Positions 32,475 to 40,214 of a stretch of 47,770 nt of DNA are shown here, piece after piece (the stretch's first letter is position 1; each line of letters starts with the position of its first letter). This DNA is from Alphaproteobacteria bacterium (lineage in GTDB: Bacteria > Pseudomonadota > Alphaproteobacteria > RF32 > CAG-239), in assembly GCA_017452885.1 (NCBI GenBank), contig JAFTLF010000001.1:1-47770 (forward strand). Direction: 5' to 3'. Under the pieces are notes generated by a model. The model was given only the letters and a program-made list of their open reading frames with translations. It made no database searches and was not told where the DNA came from. The translations under genes were made by a program, and so were the position numbers.

Positions 32475-32503
32475 TTTATAATTTATATTGAAATAAATGT
32501 CAA
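32475..32503 (-). promoter_or_regulatory. Leftward early promoter TTGACA-N17-TATAAA
   Basis: Minus strand: GTATTGACATTTATTTCAATATAAATTATAAA. Spacer counted as 17 nt. Confidence 0.6.
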
Positions 32504-32547
32504 TACAAAAAATCACAAAAAATAATAAAAATTCCTAAAAAATACCA
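32504..32547. promoter_or_regulatory. Four helically phased A-tracts between the divergent -35 elements (intrinsic bend / UP-like)
   Basis: A6 at 32507-12, A6 at 32517-22, A5 at 32527-31, A6 at 32537-42: an exact 10-bp period. Confidence 0.6.
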
Positions 32548-32576
32548 TTGACATTATTTTAAATATAGCTTATATA
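32548..32576 (+). promoter_or_regulatory. Rightward early promoter TTGACA-N17-TATATA
   Basis: ATTGACATTATTTTAAATATAGCTTATATA. About 40 nt are near-identical to the promoter at 36379. Confidence 0.65.
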
Positions 32577-32612
32577 TACATCATAAAGTAAATTTTTTTA
32601 AGGAGACAGACA

Positions 32613-32927
32613 ATGGAAACTAAATATATTACTAAAGAAAACGCAGAATTAATTGTTAAACTTTTGAAAACTTGCGAAGATGTTCATCCTAATGTTGCTT
32701 TTAAGGTTCGCGACACCGAAGAGTGCGTTATTTACACAAGAAACATTGAAAAGATAGTTTACGAGATGGATGGCGGCGATGAGGAGTTTGGAATTACTGT
32801 CGTTGATAGAGAAACAAAAGAAAGGCTTGGATGGTTTGGAGTTTTGCCTTACGAAGAGGATATTGTATGTGATCATACTGATAACGAATATTGCGATACC
32901 GTTTATAACAAATTTTTGAGCGAATAA
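32613..32927 (+). CDS. Acidic hypothetical protein, first rightward early gene (104 aa)
   Basis: AAGGAG RBS. About 26 D/E against about 12 K/R. No family recognised. Confidence 0.6.
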   Translation: METKYITKENAELIVKLLKTCEDVHPNVAFKVRDTEECVIYTRNIEKIVYEMDGGDEEFGITVVDRETKERLGWFGVLPYEEDIVCDHTDNEYCDTVYNKFLSE

Positions 32928-32928
32928 C

Positions 32929-33735
32929 ATGCCAACAATAATAAGAGCTTCAAGTTTACCACATTACACAGATTGTCTACGACGTGCAGCGGCTAAAATG
33001 CTCGCTCCGGAGCTGGCAACCTATGGTTATAACGTGCGCGCAACGCAAACATCCATCGGAGCATCTGTCGGAACGGCAACGCATAACGCATTGGAAGTTG
33101 CTTTGTTGCTGCGTGCAGAAAATAAACCCTACGAAAGCGAAATTGAGGAGGTTGTGGAGATTTCCATATCCAAAAGTATTGAAAACGGAGTTATTTGGGA
33201 TGATACAACCCGATCCAAAGAAATCGCAGTTAAACAGGCGGTGCGGCAAGCAAAGTCTGTGTTAAATACATTCCCTGATTTGTTAGGTGTGGCCATTGAA
33301 GAAGAATACAAAGCCAACCTTGGAGATGGATTTGTTTTGTCCGGGCATATCGATATCAGGAAAAAAGATTGCATTTGGGATTTGAAGACCGGAACGATGC
33401 GCAGAGCAAATCAGGCGCAATACGGTGCTTATAGTCTTTTGTGCAGAACAAACGGCATCCACATTAACCGCATTGGCGAAATATATGTGCGCCGCGTTGG
33501 AATAACCAAACCTCAACCCGATCCGGTTCTTGTTGAATACGACATCGCAACCGCCGAGAAGATGGCTTGGGAAATTATTAACAAAATGAAGTCGGATGTT
33601 TCAAAGTTCAGAAGCAACGGCGACCTTTGGGCCTTTATGGCCAACCCTAACTCACTTATGTGCAATGCTGATTATTGTCCGGCATACGGCACTAACTTTT
33701 GTAACTGTCATAAAAAGGAGATTGACAATGGATGA
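32929..33735 (+). CDS. PD-(D/E)XK exonuclease, Cas4/RecB-like with Cys cluster (268 aa)
   Basis: N-terminal SSLPHYTDC, GHIDIRKKDCIWDLKTG (D..D/E-x-K), QYGAYSLL (Q..Y), C-terminal CNADYCPAYGTNFCNC. Confidence 0.75.
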   Translation: MPTIIRASSLPHYTDCLRRAAAKMLAPELATYGYNVRATQTSIGASVGTATHNALEVALLLRAENKPYESEIEEVVEISISKSIENGVIWDDTTRSKEIAVKQAVRQAKSVLNTFPDLLGVAIEEEYKANLGDGFVLSGHIDIRKKDCIWDLKTGTMRRANQAQYGAYSLLCRTNGIHINRIGEIYVRRVGITKPQPDPVLVEYDIATAEKMAWEIINKMKSDVSKFRSNGDLWAFMANPNSLMCNADYCPAYGTNFCNCHKKEIDNG

Positions 33736-34519
33736 TAAACAAAACCAGTTAATGGTTATTGAACAAGAAAAACAAATTATGGAAGCGCAAAAAGCAAAGC
33801 TGTGTATTTTGCGTGACGGCGGCATGTTGCCAAAAGGCTGTAACGAAAAAGAGGCCTGGGCTCGCATGGCTGTTGGTGTTGAAATGGGCATGCGACCAAT
33901 GCAAGCTTTGAACGGCATCGCCATTGTAAACGGACATCCAACATTACACACCGATAGTATTCCGAGCATTATAATGGCATCCGGTCTTTTGGAAGACCAA
34001 GGTGTCGAGTGGATTGGCGAGGGAGATAAATTGGCTTGCCGTTACTGGTGCAAGAAAAAAGGCCTGGCAACTCCGCAAGACTGGGTTTTCAGTATTGAAG
34101 ATGCAAAGCGCGCCGGTTTGCTCAACAGGGATACATGGAGAAACCACACTCGCAAGATGTTATACAACCGCGCAAGAACATACTGCTTGAGAAACACATT
34201 CCCGGAAGTATTAGGTAATATGTATGACATGGACGAGGCATCCGAATTCAAAGAACAGCCGGTTGAAGCCGCTCCTTTGGTTGAGCCAACACCGGCCAAA
34301 AGAACAAGAAAGCCAAAAGAGGAAATCGTTGCCGAGCCGGTAGAAATAAAGGATGAAGCACCAAAAAACGCGCCTGAGGAAATCATTGATGTTGAAGCAG
34401 AAGAACCGGTTGATCCACGCGTTGCCGCTCTCGATGAAGAAGAACCAATGCCGACTTTAGTCCAACCACGCGAAGAAAGTCCGGCACAACAAGCACCGTT
34501 TAATCTTTTTGAGGAATAA
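33728..34519 (+). CDS. RecT/Red-beta-like single-strand annealing protein (263 aa from ATG 33728)
   Basis: The ATG lies 7 nt after AAGGAG and overlaps the exonuclease stop. NGIAIVNGHPTL..TWRNHTRKMLYNRARTYCLRNTFPEVL fits the RecT pattern. Acidic Pro-rich tail. The tracked start at 33596 runs 140 nt into the upstream gene. Confidence 0.65.
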   Translation: MDDKQNQLMVIEQEKQIMEAQKAKLCILRDGGMLPKGCNEKEAWARMAVGVEMGMRPMQALNGIAIVNGHPTLHTDSIPSIIMASGLLEDQGVEWIGEGDKLACRYWCKKKGLATPQDWVFSIEDAKRAGLLNRDTWRNHTRKMLYNRARTYCLRNTFPEVLGNMYDMDEASEFKEQPVEAAPLVEPTPAKRTRKPKEEIVAEPVEIKDEAPKNAPEEIIDVEAEEPVDPRVAALDEEEPMPTLVQPREESPAQQAPFNLFEE

Positions 34520-34524
34520 TAGAC

Positions 34525-36174
34525 ATGTATAGTGCAGAAGTAGTAAATTTTATGGGATGTGAAAAAGCCGAGGTTAAGTTTGACAAAGCCGCTTTGATAT
34601 GCGGATTAAACCACCAAGGCAAGAGTTCATTTTTGAACGCAGTCGCCGCAGCATTGACCGGCGAGCCAGTTCCATTTGGTTTGAAAAAATCAGATTGCGG
34701 AATGCTTGTTAAAATCGGCAACACATCCGGAAGTGTTAAGGTGCAAAACGATCAGACTTTTGAAACGGTCAAAATTGCATGGCCAAAGGCAGAGATATTC
34801 ACAGACGGAAAAAATCCGCCGGCATGCTCTAAAATATCGGCCGGAATTGAAAGCCTTATCGAAATGAAAGAAAAGGAGCGCAGCGAGTTCATCAGAGAAA
34901 TGACACGATGCAATCCGAAAAAAGAGGACCTTGCCGAGTTTTTGAAAGAACGCGGAATTGAAAACGAAAAGGTTGTCGATAAAGTTTGGACTTACGTTGA
35001 GCAAGACGGATTTGAGGCAAGCCACAAAAGAGCCTGCGATAGTGGCCGCGCTTTTAAGCAACAGTGGTCAAATGTTACCGGCGAGGCTTACGGTAGCCAA
35101 AAAGCCGAAACATGGCAACCGGCCGGTTGGAACAGCGATTTGATAGATGTTTCAATTGAAAGCATTGATGCAAACCTAACCGCTGCAAGAGCCGAGCTTG
35201 AAGATATGATCGTGCGCCAAGCGGTAGATGATAGCAAAGCTGACGAATACCGCGAACTTGCCAACGAAACATCGTTAAAAGTGGCTCGCGATAATGCAAA
35301 AATATGCAAAGACAATGTGGAGACTTATAAAAAAGAACTCTACGATATCGATGCAAAATTATCAGAGTTGAATAGAAAAGTTGAGGAGCAGCCTTGCCCA
35401 CATTGCGGCGCGATGCTGACGGTTTCAGGCGGAAAAATTAAAGCCGTTGAGGAAAAACCGGAAGACCAAACCGAAAAAATTGAGCAATTGCAAACAAAAA
35501 AACAAGATATTCTTCAAAGCATTTCTGATAACGAAAGCAAATATCTCAAATACAACTCCGAAGTTGCTCAACGCGTTAAGGCTTTTGAAGAATTGGAAAA
35601 AATAAACGCATCTGCCGGCTCGAATATAACGCAGGTCGATATTGACAAGAAAAGAAACCAAATCAGCCAAATTGAAAATCAACGCGAGGCTTTTAAGGCC
35701 ATGCAAGAAGCTCAAAGGCTGTGCAAAAATATCAAAGAGAACCAAATTATTATTGATGCATTGGATATGTCGGGAATCCGCAAAAAAGCAATGGAGAACG
35801 GATTGTATCGCTTCAACCTCTTTTTATTGGATATTTCAAAACAAGGAGGTTGGCAACAAGTCCAAGTAGAAAACGACCTGACAATAACACTCGGCGGCCG
35901 CCCTTATGTGTTGCTCAGTGAAAGCGAAAAATACCGCGTAAGGTTGACATTGCAAATATCAATATCATTGATGCAGGAATCGCAATTGATGATTATTGAC
36001 GGAGCAGAAATATTGGATAAAAAAGGCAAAAACGGATTATTTAATATTTTGCTCTCAAACAAAGTCCCGGCACTAATTGGAATGATGATCAGCGATGTGG
36101 ATAAAGTTCCAAACATGAAGAAGTTCGGAGTTTCGAGCTATTGGGTTGAACAAGGTAACGCAAAGGAGATTTAA
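34525..36174 (+). CDS. Rad50/SbcC-like SMC-type ATPase with central CxxC zinc hook (549 aa)
   Basis: N-terminal Walker A GLNHQGKSS, long coiled coils, mid-protein CPHCG (Rad50 hook consensus CPxCG), C-terminal Walker B LMIIDGAEILD. Confidence 0.65.
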   Translation: MYSAEVVNFMGCEKAEVKFDKAALICGLNHQGKSSFLNAVAAALTGEPVPFGLKKSDCGMLVKIGNTSGSVKVQNDQTFETVKIAWPKAEIFTDGKNPPACSKISAGIESLIEMKEKERSEFIREMTRCNPKKEDLAEFLKERGIENEKVVDKVWTYVEQDGFEASHKRACDSGRAFKQQWSNVTGEAYGSQKAETWQPAGWNSDLIDVSIESIDANLTAARAELEDMIVRQAVDDSKADEYRELANETSLKVARDNAKICKDNVETYKKELYDIDAKLSELNRKVEEQPCPHCGAMLTVSGGKIKAVEEKPEDQTEKIEQLQTKKQDILQSISDNESKYLKYNSEVAQRVKAFEELEKINASAGSNITQVDIDKKRNQISQIENQREAFKAMQEAQRLCKNIKENQIIIDALDMSGIRKKAMENGLYRFNLFLLDISKQGGWQQVQVENDLTITLGGRPYVLLSESEKYRVRLTLQISISLMQESQLMIIDGAEILDKKGKNGLFNILLSNKVPALIGMMISDVDKVPNMKKFGVSSYWVEQGNAKEI

Positions 36175-36175
36175 C

Positions 36176-36370
36176 GTGGTAGTATTATCAATAAGGGATT
36201 TGGCAGAGCGATGGGGATATGCCGCAGCCACTATTTACAAGGGTATAAAAAACAACCCGGATAAATGGCCGCCTTTTAGACAAGCGGATAAAAAAACGAG
36301 AATTATGTTTGATTTGCGTGATGTTGAAAGGTTTGAGAAGAAAATCCGAAAAAATCCGAAAAAATCCTAA
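36176..36370 (+). CDS. Xis/MerR-type (HTH_17-like) DNA-binding protein (64 aa from GTG 36176)
   Basis: The GTG lies 7 nt after AAGGAG. LSIRDLAERWGYAAATIYKGI...MFDLRDVERF follows the excisionase-type HTH pattern. No integrase is present. Confidence 0.55.
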   Translation: MVVLSIRDLAERWGYAAATIYKGIKNNPDKWPPFRQADKKTRIMFDLRDVERFEKKIRKNPKKS

Positions 36371-36406
36371 AAAAAGTATTGACATTTATTATAAATAGCT
36401 TATATA
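36341..36406 (+). promoter_or_regulatory. Second rightward promoter TTGACA-N16-TATATA preceded by 10-bp periodic AAAAATCCGA repeats
   Basis: -35 at 36379-84 and -10 at 36401-06. The upstream phased A-tracts (36341-36378) overlap the 3' end of the HTH gene. The core is near-identical to the 32548 promoter. Confidence 0.6.
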
Positions 36407-36443
36407 TTTTTTATGTAAGCTATTTTTTTATACGGAGGTAACA

Positions 36444-36608
36444 ATGATCAGAGCTTTTTTATATTCATTTTTCTTTACTTTATCTTTCATAATTGTTCAT
36501 CACAACGTTACGGAAACCAAAAACAGCCTGGACCGTTGCGAGAAACACATTGAAGATATAAAAAAAATGGATGCAGAAATGCAAATTTATAACCAATATG
36601 TAAAATAG
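36444..36608 (+). CDS. Small membrane protein (54 aa; below the ORF-track cutoff)
   Basis: Own translation: MIRAFLYSFFFTLSFIIVHHNVTETKNSLDRCEKHIEDIKKMDAEMQIYNQYVK. GGAGGT lies 4 nt upstream. Confidence 0.55.
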   Translation: MIRAFLYSFFFTLSFIIVHHNVTETKNSLDRCEKHIEDIKKMDAEMQIYNQYVK

Positions 36609-36618
36609 GAGGCACACG

Positions 36619-36825
36619 ATGTCATTAGCAGACAATATCAGAGAAAAAATCAAACTCAAAAAAGAAGAAATAAAAAGACAAGAGGATTACATCTTCCAAC
36701 AGGAATGCGGAAACGATTTTTATTGTTTGTCCGGTGGATGGGAACGCGACCACCGCGACCTTGCCAATTTAAACCGCGATTTGCGAGAACTTCAACAGGA
36801 GCTTGACCGTAATGACAAGAATTAA
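36619..36825 (+). CDS. Hypothetical protein (68 aa)
   Basis: TAGGAGG RBS. Charged helical sequence. Confidence 0.55.
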   Translation: MSLADNIREKIKLKKEEIKRQEDYIFQQECGNDFYCLSGGWERDHRDLANLNRDLRELQQELDRNDKN

Positions 36826-37225
36826 CGTTGTTTCGCCAAGCGAATTATCTGATGCATGGCTTTTGGCCGAGTATCGAGAATTGCCGCGCGTTATTTTGCA
36901 GCAAGTTAATACGGCAGATGCTCCAAAAAAATACTTGCTAGGCGCAGGTCATGTTAAGTGGGCCAAAAAACACAGCTCTTTTGTTGTTGCTCGATATGTT
37001 GAGTTGTGCCGGGAAATGAAAAGCCGCGGTTTTAAGGTTAATTTTTCTTGCGATAATTTGACCGATTACCACCTAGGCCATACTTACGTCAAAGATTGTA
37101 ATTTTTATGAAATATCCGCCGAGGATGTTGCATTAAATCGCCAAAGATTGATTGAGCGATACAAATCAAATCCAAACGCACACCGTTGGACTTACAGAAA
37201 CAAACCATCTTATTTGGAGGTATAA
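36812..37225 (+). CDS. denV: Pyrimidine-dimer DNA glycosylase/AP lyase (T4 endonuclease V homologue, 137 aa)
   Basis: [27 protein letters not shown]...LLGAGHV aligns by eye with T4 DenV ([27 protein letters not shown]...ILGAGHV). ATG 36812 is chosen because the catalytic nucleophile is the N-terminal Thr2 amine. Confidence 0.9.
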   Translation: [137 protein letters not shown]

Positions 37226-37558
37226 ATGGGAGAATTAGCAGAAGCATATATTTGGGGAGAAATTAACGGTCGTGATATGGACGATCCCGATGACTGGATT
37301 GAGTTTTATAACGATGATCCTGATGACGATGAAGATTTGGCAGAGTTTTGGAAAGAACAAAGATTGTCTTATAAAAACCGATGTTTTACAAGAAATCAAA
37401 AGTTTGAGCCATTGTTGGTAAAAGCCGGAGCTGTTAAAAAATCAGATGGCATTTACATGCTTGGCGATTGGCTTTGCTATCCAACAAAGGGGTTTGCCAT
37501 GGATAAAAGAAATCCAAGAAAACGTATAGGATTAAGAAAGTTATTAAAAAATGGCTAA
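37226..37558 (+). CDS. Hypothetical protein with acidic N-terminal half (110 aa)
   Basis: ATG immediately follows the denV stop. DMDDPDDWIEFYNDDPDDDEDLAEFW. Confidence 0.55.
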   Translation: MGELAEAYIWGEINGRDMDDPDDWIEFYNDDPDDDEDLAEFWKEQRLSYKNRCFTRNQKFEPLLVKAGAVKKSDGIYMLGDWLCYPTKGFAMDKRNPRKRIGLRKLLKNG

Positions 37559-38120
37559 TTTTTCAAAATTATTCAATCAAATAAAAATCTTAAGCAGCGG
37601 ACAGTGCTTGGATGAAGTAAAGTTTGTTAAAGCAAAACCAGTAATAGATATAGAAACTTTAGAAATATATTCTAGTTATTTGGATTTTGCAGAAAAAATA
37701 AAAACTCATCCGGTCAATGTTAGCCGGTGTATTTCTACAGCATGCCGCTGTAAAGGTTATAGAATTGAGTATTTTGAAGAATGGATAAAATGGGATAATG
37801 CAGTAAAAGAAAAATATACAAGAAAAAAACAATATTTACTTTTTATATGGAGAATAAAAATGAGTAATACGTTAGCTGAATTAAATAATCATCTTTTTGA
37901 AACGTTAAACAGATTAAATTCTAAAGACATAAGCGGAGATGAATTAAAAAACGAAATGGCCCGAGCCAACGCTGTTAGCGCGCTTGCTGCGCAAATTATA
38001 TCAAACGCAAATTTGGCCCTTAAAGCAAGCAACATGAAACAAAACGGAACATCAATGCCATCGATGATTGAAGTTAGAAAAATACCTAATTATGGAGCAA
38101 ATAAAATTGAAAATGCATAA
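37551..38120 (+). CDS. NUMOD-like DNA-binding domain fused to a conserved-looking helical domain (189 aa)
   Basis: N-terminus KPVIDIETLEIYSSYLDFAEKIKTHPVNVSRCI..CKGYRIEYF resembles homing-endonuclease NUMOD/IENR modules. An internal ATG at 37860 with a GGAGA RBS could also express the C-terminal 86 aa separately. No stop lies between them. Confidence 0.6.
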   Translation: MANFSKLFNQIKILSSGQCLDEVKFVKAKPVIDIETLEIYSSYLDFAEKIKTHPVNVSRCISTACRCKGYRIEYFEEWIKWDNAVKEKYTRKKQYLLFIWRIKMSNTLAELNNHLFETLNRLNSKDISGDELKNEMARANAVSALAAQIISNANLALKASNMKQNGTSMPSMIEVRKIPNYGANKIENA

Positions 38121-38709
38121 ATACACTCAACAAGAGATAGATTGGCTGAAAGAAAATTCTATCGGTGTTCCGTTCAGAGATATTGCTAAAAATTTTAATG
38201 CAATGTTTGGAGCATCCGTCAACCATAAATCGTTAGAGCAAAAAATACATAAAATTGGTATATCTAACGGTCTTAAAGGTGGCCAATTTCCAAAAGGACA
38301 TATTCCTTTTAACAAAGGCAAGAAAAAATACTGGGTTGGTGGAGAAGAAACACAATTCAAGAAAGGCCATATTCCTTTTAATTATCGTCCTGTTGGTAGC
38401 GAGCGTATTAATAGAGATGGTTATATTGAAGTAAAGGTTGCTGATCCTCATAAATGGGAATTAAAACACCGCGTTTTGTATAAAAAGCATTTTGGAGAAA
38501 TCCCTCGAGGTTTTATAGTGATACTTGCCGATGGTAATAAGAAAAATCTAAACATTGAGAACTTATCATTGATAAGCCGAAAGCAATCTGCAATTATAAA
38601 TCATAAAAAACTTAATTATTTTGACAAAACAAGTTTAGATGTTTGTAAAAATATTGCTGATATTAGCCATGAAATTCACAAAAAAAGAAAGGTAAAAAAG
38701 TATGATTAA
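38068..38709 (+). CDS. HNH endonuclease (second copy of 329..970)
   Basis: Identical translation at offset +37739. Alternative ATG at 38113. Confidence 0.8.
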   Translation: MKLEKYLIMEQIKLKMHKYTQQEIDWLKENSIGVPFRDIAKNFNAMFGASVNHKSLEQKIHKIGISNGLKGGQFPKGHIPFNKGKKKYWVGGEETQFKKGHIPFNYRPVGSERINRDGYIEVKVADPHKWELKHRVLYKKHFGEIPRGFIVILADGNKKNLNIENLSLISRKQSAIINHKKLNYFDKTSLDVCKNIADISHEIHKKRKVKKYD

Positions 38710-38911
38710 ATCACAGCATGAATTAACCACTCCGGGCAATCGTCAATCAGACGTTTTGATTGAGGCCTTGAACAAGTGTCAAAAATTAGAAAGGCAGTTA
38801 AATATTGTTTTAGGTATTTTGCTGCGCGTGAGCCCTCAGCACGAGGGATATGTTAAAGCTAACTTTCCTAAATATTTTGAGGAGATAAATAATGAACCCA
38901 AAAACAAATGA
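38702..38911 (+). CDS. Hypothetical protein (copy of 963..1172)
   Basis: Identical translation at offset +37739. Confidence 0.5.
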   Translation: MIKSQHELTTPGNRQSDVLIEALNKCQKLERQLNIVLGILLRVSPQHEGYVKANFPKYFEEINNEPKNK

Positions 38912-39146
38912 AGCTCGTCTTGAGTATATAAAAAAGCTCGAGGAAAACATCCAGGAGCTTGAACAAGAAATCCAAAGACATGAGAGTATATGGCGCGAGA
39001 TGCGTTGCAGATTAGATAAAGCGGTCGCCATGTCGGAGCTTGTTTACAGAAACTCTGCTTACAGCAGTTCTGTTTCAAAAATTATGAAGCAATTAAAAGA
39101 AAGTGTTGAAAGTTTTATTACTGCCGCCCTGGGAGATAAGAAATGA
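38892..39146 (+). CDS. Hypothetical coiled-coil protein (copy of 1153..1407)
   Basis: Identical translation at offset +37739. Confidence 0.5.
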   Translation: MNPKTNEARLEYIKKLEENIQELEQEIQRHESIWREMRCRLDKAVAMSELVYRNSAYSSSVSKIMKQLKESVESFITAALGDKK

Positions 39147-39226
39147 AACCTAAAAAAATAAAAATAATTGCATTTTTTCTAATTTTATTGTTTATAATAT
39201 TTATGTAATTTTTATAGGAGGCGGCT

Positions 39227-39520
39227 GTGGATAAATCTGTTAATAATGAACCAATAATTTATGTTGGATTTGACGGTAGCGGCAAAGAGAAGTTTGTCGC
39301 AGAGCAAAATGTCGGTGACAAAGGATATCGAACGAAGATATTTGCTCCGGTAACAAAGAGAACCGGCAAGTCCTTATTTGAACAACAAGCGCGCAAAGCC
39401 GGATATATGGTTATTCCATGGCAAAACAGGAGAACATCAAAAGGAGAAAGTGGAGCGATGACAAAATACTTGAATGGAATATGGATACATTTCCGCACAA
39501 TCACGAAGCGCAAATGCTAA
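39227..39520 (+). CDS. Hypothetical protein (copy of 1488..1781)
   Basis: Identical translation at offset +37739. Confidence 0.55.
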   Translation: MDKSVNNEPIIYVGFDGSGKEKFVAEQNVGDKGYRTKIFAPVTKRTGKSLFEQQARKAGYMVIPWQNRRTSKGESGAMTKYLNGIWIHFRTITKRKC

Positions 39521-39803
39521 AAGTTGAGGAGGAGCTCCTCCTCAACTTGAAAAAGCCAAGAGAGCAGTTTTTCAATCGCAGGCCTGTAATTATGTTGAAG
39601 TTTACAGAGAAAGCGCCGATGTTGTTATTGCCGCTATTGGCTTAAGAAGATATCCAATATATGCAGCAATTGGCCGAGCTATTTACAACGCTGTTTATAC
39701 ACCTATTCGTCAAGCCTTGGATTTATACATTGACGAAAAAATGAACGAAAACTTAACCCGAACTTTCCGTAAAACAAAAAACGGAACTCAACATCATATT
39801 TAA
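39418..39803 (+). CDS. MazG-like pyrophosphohydrolase with interrupted frame (copy of 1679..2064)
   Basis: Identical sequence, including the palindrome at 39521..39548. Confidence 0.6.
39521..39548. repeat. 28-bp perfect palindrome (copy of 1782..1809)
   Basis: Identical sequence at offset +37739. Confidence 0.95.
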
Positions 39804-39812
39804 GGAGGTAAT

Positions 39813-40214
39813 ATGACAAGAAAAACAAATTTGAATTATGAAATTAACCGCTTTTTGAAAAAGAGCTTATACACACGCGAAGAACTAAGCCGCTGCATAA
39901 ATAAACATCCTAAATACATTAAACAACTGTTAAATAAAGAGAGAAAAGCAAGCGATGAGGCAGAAAAGGCTTTGCGCGATTTCATGAAAAAGCACATCGG
40001 CCAATCATACCGCGAATTGTTACTTCAAGAGCAAAACACCAGGTCTTATGAAAGAATAAAAATATTAAATGGCCATGTTGACCGCTTGGAAAGAGAAATC
40101 GCACATGATGAAGAATTTGTTGATAGTGCTCGCCGCACAATGTGGATATCGATTTTAGTGGCATCTCTTTCTCTTCTTGCTGCATTATCTGCTGTTTACA
40201 GTTTTATTTTTTAA
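39813..40214 (+). CDS. C-terminally anchored hypothetical protein (copy of 2074..2475)
   Basis: Identical translation at offset +37739. Confidence 0.65.
   Translation: MTRKTNLNYEINRFLKKSLYTREELSRCINKHPKYIKQLLNKERKASDEAEKALRDFMKKHIGQSYRELLLQEQNTRSYERIKILNGHVDRLEREIAHDEEFVDSARRTMWISILVASLSLLAALSAVYSFIF

Noticed and set aside
33596-33727. Tracked upstream start (MFQSSE...) for the RecT-like gene
   Set aside because: This extension lies entirely inside the 3' end of the exonuclease gene in another frame and reads as hydrophobic junk. ATG 33728 has AAGGAG 7 nt upstream and overlaps the upstream stop.
36176-36370. Excisionase-like HTH as evidence for a lysogeny module
   Set aside because: No tyrosine or serine recombinase, CI/Cro-like pair or att-like repeat is present in the 37.7-kb unit. 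All ORFs over 180 aa are otherwise accounted for or lack recombinase motifs. The HTH protein is treated only as a generic DNA-binding protein.
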